Assembly: GCA_016700375.1 (NCBI GenBank)
Contig: CP065016.1
Span: 720,001-752,000 of the forward strand
Direction: 5' to 3'
Source: Candidatus Saccharimonadota bacterium
Lineage (GTDB): Bacteria; Patescibacteriota; Saccharimonadia; Saccharimonadales; UBA4665
DNA: 32,000 bases
A program made the translations under genes and the position numbers. Under the pieces are notes generated by a model. It saw only the letters and a program-made list of their open reading frames with translations, made no database searches and had not been told where the DNA came from. Shown piece after piece: positions 16,173-23,046 of this stretch. Position 1 is the first letter of the stretch. Each line of letters opens with the position of its first letter.

Positions 16173-17067
16173 ATGTGTCCAGTATAGCGCGGATTGCCTT
16201 TCCAAGCTCGGTAGTGTCAGTAAAACTAAACCCTGCAATTTCGCCGTACCGTTCCTTTTCTATTCGCCACAATATAACTTCGGTACGTTCACCGCCGTGG
16301 CCGTTCATTTCGCCTATGTAGCCCAGCATTTCCGCCGCTGTCACCTCCTCTGCGGTGAGTCTGCCCTCGCGCAGTAGGTCGTAAATACGATGACGGTAGG
16401 CACTTGGGGCTTTGCAGTCAATGTTTACGTATTTTCCGGTTGCTCGGTCCGTGATAATCATGTCAATCCCCAGGGCGTCGCTTGCCCGGCTGGTCATTGA
16501 TGCAGCAAAGCCTTCCTTTTGCACACCGCGGTACACAGCTATTTCGCGACTGAGCCCCTGCACAATAGCCTGGTACTGCTCGTCGCTAAAGGCCCGTACG
16601 CCGACTCTTTTGCAAAACCAGTCCATGAGCCGTTTCGCTTCGTCGCTAAACCCCGCCAACAGCGGTTCGTCGAGCGCCAGCACCGTCGAGACAAAGGCGT
16701 CATTAAAGTCTATAAGCTCGTACAAACGCTCCCCCCGACTATGGTACCCGTGGGGGTGCTTGTCCATTTGCCCCTGTGCCAATGCCGCCTGCGGCGCTTG
16801 CAGTACCAGTGCCCGCAGCCAGTGCCATGCCTTTGCACCACTCAGGTTTGCAGAAGACTCTATGTCATTAGCCTCTTTTTTGGCCTGTTCGATAAGTGGT
16901 TTCAAACGCTGCACATCGGGCTGCCCGCGCCAACGACGACTCGCTATGGGCACTTCGTTGCGCAAACTAACCTGCACATCTTCATACACCGTCCGCGCAC
17001 CCGAACTCTGCTTTCGCACCCTTCTCCCTGCCCGATAGTCCCCAAATTTCTGCCACACTGCGATCAC
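16141..17067 (-). CDS. Hypothetical 308-aa protein with a C-terminal PD-(D/E)xK nuclease-like motif arrangement
   Basis: ..SREIAVYRG..(E) ..ALGIDMIITD (D) ..GKYVNIDCK (DxK; nt 16411-16470). This is the E / hydrophobic-strand-D / (D/E)xK spacing typical of restriction-endonuclease-fold and NERD-like proteins. The GTG start overlaps the toxin stop (GTGA). Family not recognised. Confidence 0.5.
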   Translation of the reverse strand: MIAVWQKFGDYRAGRRVRKQSSGARTVYEDVQVSLRNEVPIASRRWRGQPDVQRLKPLIEQAKKEANDIESSANLSGAKAWHWLRALVLQAPQAALAQGQMDKHPHGYHSRGERLYELIDFNDAFVSTVLALDEPLLAGFSDEAKRLMDWFCKRVGVRAFSDEQYQAIVQGLSREIAVYRGVQKEGFAASMTSRASDALGIDMIITDRATGKYVNIDCKAPSAYRHRIYDLLREGRLTAEEVTAAEMLGYIGEMNGHGGERTEVILWRIEKERYGEIAGFSFTDTTELGKAIRAILDTYGTATTTHRR

Positions 17068-17336
17068 TCCCCGTACACCTGTGCATGTGTGCCGACATCC
17101 GTAAAAACATACGCTTCGTCTGTTTCGTAGTAAATAACCCTCACATCGCCACTAACCGAAAAAGCGCGAAACCCCAGCATACTCCCACCGAGCGCATGGT
17201 CAAATAAGGGAGCGCTGCGTTCACCGCTCTGCCATTGTGCAAAACGCAGACCAAAACGCTTTTTGAGTTTTTGGTCATGTACTATACGTTTTTTGTACGC
17301 TTTTATGAAACTTTTATCAAACTCAATCGGCTTCAT
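17064..17336 (-). CDS. RelE/YafQ-family type II toxin (paralogue of 7302..7568)
   Basis: MKPIEFDKSFIKAYKK..FDHALGGSMLGFRAFSVSGDVRVIYYE..FTDVGTHAQVYGE. Same architecture as the other toxin. ATGA overlap with the antitoxin. Confidence 0.75.
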   Translation of the reverse strand: MKPIEFDKSFIKAYKKRIVHDQKLKKRFGLRFAQWQSGERSAPLFDHALGGSMLGFRAFSVSGDVRVIYYETDEAYVFTDVGTHAQVYGE

Positions 17337-17635
17337 AGAGAGTTCAGGTACTCTAGAGCGTCGTCGGAGCTTGTAAAGCTTTTGACGACCCCCCTCGCTT
17401 TGTCTCTTTCATGTTCTACAGCATTTTGTCTCCACCGTTCGACGACATGCTGTGGAGGCGAACCCCAGCTGTCTTCTACTTCCCCAAAATCAACCCGGCG
17501 CCCGTCCACCAGCGCCCTTCCCACATATCGGAACATAGCCTGGATAGAATCAAACCCTAGGCTGCTCGCTTTTAAAGCAAGTTGACTGCGAAAGTTTTCA
17601 TCGACCGGTATAGTTATGCGTGATGTGCTATTCAT
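17333..17635 (-). CDS. RelB/DinJ-like (RHH) antitoxin
   Basis: MNSTSRITIPVDENFRSQLALKASSLGFDSIQAMFRYVGRALVDG.. plus an acidic C-terminal tail like the antitoxin at 7565..7855. Start at ATG 17635 is supported by the promoter directly upstream. Confidence 0.65.
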   Translation of the reverse strand: MNSTSRITIPVDENFRSQLALKASSLGFDSIQAMFRYVGRALVDGRRVDFGEVEDSWGSPPQHVVERWRQNAVEHERDKARGVVKSFTSSDDALEYLNSL

Positions 17636-17642
17636 AGCGATA

Positions 17643-17671
17643 ATGGTATCAAAATACATCTAGAATGTCAA
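17643..17671 (-). promoter_or_regulatory. Promoter TTGACA-17 nt-TACCAT, 7 nt from ATG 17635 (leaderless geometry)
   Basis: Minus strand: TTGACA 17671-17666, TACCAT 17648-17643. It is bracketed by a 10-bp inverted repeat GTATCAAAAT (17646-17655) / ATTTTGATAC (17692-17701). Confidence 0.5.
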
Positions 17672-17704
17672 CTAGGTGTCCTCTGCATGACATTTTGATA
17701 CACA

Positions 17705-18820
17705 TTACAAATAACCGAAAATGACTATGGCGGCAAAGAAAACTGCGATAAAAATGCTTTGCAGCAAGGCAAAACGCTCGTGCATGCCTTTTATGCCCCA
17801 AAATATTCCGAGTAACGTTGCCTGTATGGCTATTGCCAGCAGAGCAAGGTAGCCGCCCATTGTGCCCAAGTTTTCAAGCGCATGCAGCAGCAAAATAACA
17901 GGCATGATAACAACCATCGCCCATGAAATCGCAACGTGGACTCTCCCCTGCCACTTGCCTTCGTAGTGCGGGATTGCCGCCAGTAAAGCCAAACACGTTA
18001 TAGTCGCTCTAAGGGCATACCGCAGCGCAACACCGTAGTCATACTTCGGTATGAGCCAGCCCTCAAAATACACTGCTAGCAGCGCCGTTGCGATAAACAT
18101 GGCACCGCCGAAAACAAATGTTGTATCTCGCCGCGCGGAAGCATGCAGGCTAATTGACCAGTGTTTACCAAACGGCTCTCGCCGAAACACATACCCCAGC
18201 GCCGGTGCCATCACCACGGCACCCAGTAACAAATTTTCCCTAGGTAAAATAGCCAGGTGTGTATTCGCCAGATATGATTTATAGGCCACAAATCCCATCA
18301 TTAGCGAAGTGAGCACAAAAAAGACCATTTGCGCGAGCCAAAAATTAGCAAATCGAGTCAGGTAATTCCATATTGCAACCAAAAGAAGCGCAGCGAGGTA
18401 CCCGCTGACTAGCACCAAAGGAACATGCTCGTGAATGGCAAAAAGCAGACAAAACAACATATAGCCTGCCGCCATTGCCCATGCCAGTAGTTGGTGAGGG
18501 TCGTGAAGCTTAAAAGGACTATGATCGGTTCTTTGGTTTAGATGAACGACCTGCAAAATATCAAATACGGCCGCAGCTATAAGCACCCCAACGCTCATCC
18601 CTAGTGAGTCATAAGAACGTAAAGCAAAAGCAATAAAACACCCTGCTCCCAAAATGTGTATTATGCGATGACAGCGTAGCAGCTTCGTACTCACAACTGC
18701 AGACTCACTGATACTCGCATACGCTCCTGTTTTCAACTTTGCGGTATATAGCAAAATAGCATGCCATATGTTTACTCCAAAAAGTGGCAACATGAGAAAC
18801 AAACCTTCCATGAGAGTCAT
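17705..18820 (-). CDS. Hypothetical polytopic membrane protein (~10-12 TM helices)
   Basis: 371 aa, almost entirely hydrophobic helices. No family recognised. Confidence 0.65.
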   Translation of the reverse strand: MTLMEGLFLMLPLFGVNIWHAILLYTAKLKTGAYASISESAVVSTKLLRCHRIIHILGAGCFIAFALRSYDSLGMSVGVLIAAAVFDILQVVHLNQRTDHSPFKLHDPHQLLAWAMAAGYMLFCLLFAIHEHVPLVLVSGYLAALLLVAIWNYLTRFANFWLAQMVFFVLTSLMMGFVAYKSYLANTHLAILPRENLLLGAVVMAPALGYVFRREPFGKHWSISLHASARRDTTFVFGGAMFIATALLAVYFEGWLIPKYDYGVALRYALRATITCLALLAAIPHYEGKWQGRVHVAISWAMVVIMPVILLLHALENLGTMGGYLALLAIAIQATLLGIFWGIKGMHERFALLQSIFIAVFFAAIVIFGYL

Positions 18821-18870
18821 TCTAACCTAATCTCTCATGATGTTCATCTTCTCCTTACAACCAAACTCTG

Positions 18871-19536
18871 TTATCTGATTGCAATTTTCTTTGCAACAAG
18901 CTGTATGAGATCGTCTTTGTGAGTCGAAAGTATATCTCGCTCAAAACCAAACGCGAGTGCTTCTTTTACGTGGGTCAGTTCATCTATCACAAATCCGTGC
19001 CTTGTTAATACATCTGTTATCGAATCATCTGAGTGAAAATACCGGCGTGATGTGACAGTGGGGCGGTCGATAGTATGATACGTAGTCATGCATGTCGTTG
19101 AGTCGTACAGCGACTTGGGGTCTTTCGCTTCTAAGCAGTCCGTCGACCGAACAACGACAAATAGTTTACCGCCACCATGGACTACCCTGGCAATATTTTG
19201 CGCCGCTTTCTCTAGCTGCTGTTTTGGCAAATAGTGAAGAACCAGTCGAGCGTATATAAAATCAAATGTTTCGTCTGCATATGGAAGATCGCTTGCGATA
19301 TCCTCTAAACGTACCTCTACTTGGTCAGAAACGCCAGCGTTTTTCACTGCGTCTTGAGCCAGACCAACGCCCGACCTATCAATAGTCGTGGCAATGATAC
19401 GACGCTCAGATAACCGCTGCGCCATCTGTATTTCTGCTGCACCAGCCGTTGAGATGCCAACACTCAACACTGACTTATCAGCCTCTGTTAATAAACCTAG
19501 TCCATACTCTTCGGTTAGTGAATACAGCCTCTCCAT
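18871..19536 (-). CDS. Class I SAM-dependent methyltransferase-like protein
   Basis: ..VLSVGISTAGAAE (degenerate motif I), ..IIATTID (acidic motif II), ..FDFIYARLVLHYL.., ..GGGKLFVVV. The ATG lies 6 nt after the vapC stop with AAGAG upstream. Confidence 0.65.
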   Translation of the reverse strand: MERLYSLTEEYGLGLLTEADKSVLSVGISTAGAAEIQMAQRLSERRIIATTIDRSGVGLAQDAVKNAGVSDQVEVRLEDIASDLPYADETFDFIYARLVLHYLPKQQLEKAAQNIARVVHGGGKLFVVVRSTDCLEAKDPKSLYDSTTCMTTYHTIDRPTVTSRRYFHSDDSITDVLTRHGFVIDELTHVKEALAFGFERDILSTHKDDLIQLVAKKIAIR

Positions 19537-19542
19537 AACTCT

Positions 19543-19935
19543 TTATTCTACTAGTTCAACATTGGGTAATTGACGAGCAAGTTTTTTATCAAATGTAAGC
19601 AACGGTATAGCACCGTTCAGTTCAGCATGCACCGCTAGGCAACAGTCAACAAACGATAACGCAGTATGTTTTTCATACAGCGGCAATGCTCCGGAGAGTA
19701 CTGACCTATTGCAGTTTACATTTGCCTGCGCCATGATGGCGCGGAAATTGTTTGCTACCATGCTACGAGGCAGCCCCATTACCCTTTCCATGACGTATGC
19801 AATCTCTTCAAGTACCATGTCCGCGACATGCAAAATGTCTTTGCCAGACATAACCCTGTCCGTCAAAGCTTGTTGAGTGGGCACATCACCCAAAAGCCAG
19901 CGAAGCAAGAAGTTTGCATCGAGTGATTTTTGCAT
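19543..19935 (-). CDS. vapC: PIN-domain toxin VapC
   Basis: ..LDANFLLRWLLGD..VADMVLEEIAYVM..SFVDCCLAVHAELNGAIPLLTFDKKL. ATG 19935 is preferred; the track ORF uses GTG 19947, which overlaps the antitoxin. Confidence 0.8.
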   Translation of the reverse strand: MQKSLDANFLLRWLLGDVPTQQALTDRVMSGKDILHVADMVLEEIAYVMERVMGLPRSMVANNFRAIMAQANVNCNRSVLSGALPLYEKHTALSFVDCCLAVHAELNGAIPLLTFDKKLARQLPNVELVE

Positions 19936-19936
19936 A

Positions 19937-20212
19937 CTATGCTTCACCTAACGCATATTTTTGGCGATACTCAGCTATTTTAACAGCATCAATCTGCTCT
20001 TGCGTCGGCACCTGTACAATGTGCTGGCGCATGTATTCCCTATTTTCTGTTCGAACAGTCTCAATGCTCACAGGAGCTAAAATAGTCAATTGATTACCAT
20101 GCATACGTATTTCTACCCGCTTCCCGGGCTGTAGTTTCATGGCTGTCCGAAATGCTGCCGGCAAGGTAATCTGCCCCTTGCTTGTCATGGTAGATGTCGC
20201 ATATGTTTTCAT
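19937..20212 (-). CDS. vapB: AbrB/SpoVT-fold antitoxin (VapB/MazE type)
   Basis: ..TSKGQITLPAAFRTAMKLQPGKRVEIRMHGNQLTILAP is the swapped-hairpin AbrB motif. It lies directly upstream of the PIN toxin. Confidence 0.8.
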   Translation of the reverse strand: MKTYATSTMTSKGQITLPAAFRTAMKLQPGKRVEIRMHGNQLTILAPVSIETVRTENREYMRQHIVQVPTQEQIDAVKIAEYRQKYALGEA

Positions 20213-20219
20213 GGTAAGA

Positions 20220-20258
20220 AATATACCATACGTAATACTTTTTGTAAATGTATTACGT
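20220..20258 (-). promoter_or_regulatory. Promoter TTTACA-17 nt-TATATT, 7 nt from ATG 20212, overlapped by a 9-bp inverted repeat (operator and/or polA terminator hairpin)
   Basis: Minus strand: TTTACA 20248-20243, TATATT 20225-20220. Inverted repeat ACGTAATAC 20230-20238 / GTATTACGT 20250-20258. Confidence 0.55.
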
Positions 20259-20287
20259 TGGAATCAATATCGCGACACACCTAGGAG

Positions 20288-23008
20288 CTACAGTTCGCCC
20301 CAGTTGTCGCCTATGGAGGTGTCTACTGCAAGTTTTACAGGGAGATCCGGGTAAATGGCTTCCATGGTGGTTTTGAGTATGTCTGCCACTTTTTCAGCAT
20401 CTTGCTCGGCACATTCGACAAGGATAGAGTCATGTATCTGAAGCAGTTGCTGGGGCTTACTGGCGAACTGTGCAAGGTCAGACCTTCCAGGCTGCACTTT
20501 TTGAGAGGTCTGACCTTGCACAGTTCGCGCCTCAAACGCCCTTTCCACCGCCACCATTGCCAGTTTCATCAGGTCTGCTTCGGTGCCCTGAATAGGCATG
20601 TTCATTGCCGCGCGGGCGGCGGCTTGTCGCACAATGAAATTGCTCGAATGTATGTCTGGCATCGGGCGGCGGCGGCCCAGCAGTGTCTCGACGTAGCCAT
20701 CTTTTTTGGCCTGTTCCTTCAGGCCGTTTAGGTAGCCGAGGAGCGGCGCGCGTACCTTGAAATATTCGTCTATAAACGACTTAGCCTGTGTAAAATTCAT
20801 ACCTGTTGCAGCCGCCAGCCCGTGCGGGCTCATACCGTACAGCACACCAAAATTAATGGTTTTTGCCGCTGAACGCATCTGTTTGGTGACATCTTCGGGG
20901 CTTCGACCATACACTTCGGCCGCTGTGGTCAGGTGAATATCTGCGCCGCGATTAAACATACTCACCATCTCGCTATCGCCACTCATGGCTGCGGCAAGGC
21001 GTAGTTCAAACTGGCTGTAGTCGGCGCTCACGAACTTCCTGCCCTTGCCCGCCACAAACGCCGCCCGGATATGCTTGCCTAGTTCTGTGCGCACCGGTAT
21101 ATTTTGCAGGTTTGGGTCGGTGCTGCTGAGTCGGCCGGTCTGGGCAATGGTGAGGTTAAATGTGGTGTGCACACGGCCATGGCCGTCGACCAGTTTTGGC
21201 AGCGTATCAACATAGGTATTTTTTAGCTTCGTCACCTCACGGTACTGACTAATAAGGTCAATTATGGGGTGAGCTACGCGCAGTTTATCCAGCTCGCTTG
21301 CCGCTGTACTGTAGCCAGTCTTACCCTTTTTCACACCCGCTGTTGGCAACCCAAGTTTGTCAAAAAGTATAGTCGCAAGCTGCGCCGGACTGGCAATGTT
21401 AAACTCGGCATCAGCATGACCATAAATTTGTTGTTCAAGGTCGGAGATGCTGTCCTCGATTTGTTCAGAAAACTGTGCCAGGTACAATGTGTCGAGCTGA
21501 ATCCCCGCGTACTCCATACGTGCGAGTACCGGTATAACGGGCATATCGACAGTAGAATTTAGAATTTGGAATTTGGAATTTGCCTGAAATTCTTCGCGCT
21601 GTTTAGCGACTATGGCTCGTATTACGGCCACAATTTCAGCACCGCGACCAAGCAGTTCCTCGTCGCTCATATTTTCAAAAGATGAGCCGTCGTATCCGAG
21701 TACGTCAGCGGCAAGATCGGTCAATGTTTGCGCACGAATCAGGCTATTGAGCGTAAACGCCGCAACCAGTATATCGTGTGCGACTTCGGGCAGTTTCTCC
21801 ACCCCCATACCGAGCAGTGTCTTTAGGCTAGACTTCACGTCGTAGCCAATGAATCTTGAATCTTGAATTTTGAATTTTGAAAAGACTTTTGCAGCATCAA
21901 CTTTTGCTAGGTCAAACACATAAGTCAGCTTGTCGTCTGCCGATACTATGAGCACTTTCGGGTCACGCCCCGCTACTCCAGCCGAGCGCCCGTACACTAC
22001 CAGCTCCGCCCCATTTGGGATTTTTACAGAAGCCAGTTTCACCTCATCGTCGATGATACGGTTCTCTCCAACGGTAAATCCATGATTCGTAATGCCAGAT
22101 TCATGATGCTGCAAATCCACGTGTAAAATCTCGGGTAGCTGGCGGGCAAGGCTCCTAAATTCAAGCTTTTCGAGTAACTCAACAATCTTTACTGGGTTTG
22201 CACCCATATGTCCGTCCATCCGCTCGAGGTCGAGCGGCACGGGCGCATCCAACCACAGCGCGGCAAGTTTTTTACTCATGTAAGCGCTTTCTTTACCAGC
22301 TTCGAGCTTTTTGCGCACGCTGTCTTTCACCTGCCAGAGGTTTTCATACACGCCGTCCATGGTCTTGTAGTCCTGCAGCAGCTGTATAGCAGTTTTTTCA
22401 CCTATGCCCGGCACACCCGGGATGTTGTCTGAGCTGTCGCCTTTGAGCGCTTTGAGGTCAAGAAATTGTTCGGGCTCTATGCCGTATTTGGCCGTAAAAC
22501 TTTCTGGCGAATACAATTCTATGTCGCTTAAACCCTTTTTCAGCCGGTACATTTTGGTTAGCGGCCCGACGCACTGCAGCGCATCCATATCACTGGTAAT
22601 AAGCAGCGTTTCTATACCCTTTTTGCTCGCTTCGTGTGCGAGTGTGGCCATAATGTCATCTGCCTCGTAATCATCGAGTTCGTACAGCGGCCAGCCAAAC
22701 GCATCGAGAAGTTCGTGCAGCACCGGGATTTGTTCATAAAAGTCTGGTGGTGCTGGCTTGCGCCCTGCTTTGTACTCTGGGTATATGGCAAGCCGCGAGC
22801 GAATGTTCGTTTTTGGCTTGTCCCACGCCACCGCTACATAGTCTGGCTTGAGGCGACGAATGACCTCGAGCGCCATGGTTGCAAACCCAAACACGCCGCC
22901 CGTAGGCGTGCCGTCTTTGGTACTGAGGTTTGACATAGCGTAGTACCCACGGTAAAAGACCGACTTTCCGTCAATCACCGCCAACCGTTTCCTCTGCTCC
23001 TCAGCCAT
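20288..23008 (-). CDS. polA: DNA polymerase I (5' nuclease + exo-like + family A polymerase domains)
   Basis: 906 aa. N-terminal 5' nuclease (LAVIDGKS..YKAGR..GIGEKTA). Motif A DYSQFELRL, motif B RSAAKTINFGVLYG, motif C QIHDS. The ExoI DxE motif is absent (VVYGRSAG), so the proofreading domain is probably inactive. TATAAT (23021-23016) lies 7 nt upstream of the ATG. Confidence 0.98.
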   Translation of the reverse strand: MAEEQRKRLAVIDGKSVFYRGYYAMSNLSTKDGTPTGGVFGFATMALEVIRRLKPDYVAVAWDKPKTNIRSRLAIYPEYKAGRKPAPPDFYEQIPVLHELLDAFGWPLYELDDYEADDIMATLAHEASKKGIETLLITSDMDALQCVGPLTKMYRLKKGLSDIELYSPESFTAKYGIEPEQFLDLKALKGDSSDNIPGVPGIGEKTAIQLLQDYKTMDGVYENLWQVKDSVRKKLEAGKESAYMSKKLAALWLDAPVPLDLERMDGHMGANPVKIVELLEKLEFRSLARQLPEILHVDLQHHESGITNHGFTVGENRIIDDEVKLASVKIPNGAELVVYGRSAGVAGRDPKVLIVSADDKLTYVFDLAKVDAAKVFSKFKIQDSRFIGYDVKSSLKTLLGMGVEKLPEVAHDILVAAFTLNSLIRAQTLTDLAADVLGYDGSSFENMSDEELLGRGAEIVAVIRAIVAKQREEFQANSKFQILNSTVDMPVIPVLARMEYAGIQLDTLYLAQFSEQIEDSISDLEQQIYGHADAEFNIASPAQLATILFDKLGLPTAGVKKGKTGYSTAASELDKLRVAHPIIDLISQYREVTKLKNTYVDTLPKLVDGHGRVHTTFNLTIAQTGRLSSTDPNLQNIPVRTELGKHIRAAFVAGKGRKFVSADYSQFELRLAAAMSGDSEMVSMFNRGADIHLTTAAEVYGRSPEDVTKQMRSAAKTINFGVLYGMSPHGLAAATGMNFTQAKSFIDEYFKVRAPLLGYLNGLKEQAKKDGYVETLLGRRRPMPDIHSSNFIVRQAAARAAMNMPIQGTEADLMKLAMVAVERAFEARTVQGQTSQKVQPGRSDLAQFASKPQQLLQIHDSILVECAEQDAEKVADILKTTMEAIYPDLPVKLAVDTSIGDNWGEL
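20463..20528. repeat. 66-nt palindromic element (perfect 22-bp arms, 22-nt loop) in frame within polA
   Basis: GCGAACTGTGCAAGGTCAGACC (20463-20484) and its exact reverse complement GGTCTGACCTTGCACAGTTCGC (20507-20528). The element encodes ..RTVQGQTSQKVQPGRSDLAQFA... It also produces the mirrored peptides seen in track ORFs 20335..20535(-) and 20402..20731(+). Confidence 0.95.
21554..21581 (+). repeat. Heptanucleotide tandem array B: AGAATTT AGAATTT GGAATTT GGAATTT (inside polA, antisense to it)
   Basis: Four perfect-phase 7-mers, followed by GCCTG AAATTC, which can pair with the last unit. Encodes ANSKFQILNS in polA. Confidence 0.9.
21851..21885 (+). repeat. Heptanucleotide tandem array C: GAATCTT GAATCTT GAATTTT GAATTTT (GAAAAGA) (inside polA, antisense to it)
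   Basis: Same 2+2 organisation as array B, starting 297 nt (99 codons) away. Encodes SKFKIQDSRF in polA. Confidence 0.9.
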
Positions 23009-23046
23009 AGGTGTTATTATACGCGAGAAAGAGAGATTTGGTGAGG

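Noticed and set aside
16412-17130. Plus-strand ORFs of 208 and 203 aa opposite the 308-aa gene
   Set aside because: They are Ser/Arg/Cys/Pro-rich with no motifs and are antisense to a gene that is translationally coupled to its neighbours. I treat them as shadows, with less certainty than elsewhere because the 308-aa protein itself is of unknown family.
20335-20731. Small ORFs 20335..20535(-) and 20402..20731(+) that share the peptides ELCKVRP and GLTLHSS
   Set aside because: The mirrored peptides are a by-product of the 22-bp perfect inverted repeat inside polA. Both ORFs are out of frame with or antisense to polA and are not independent genes.
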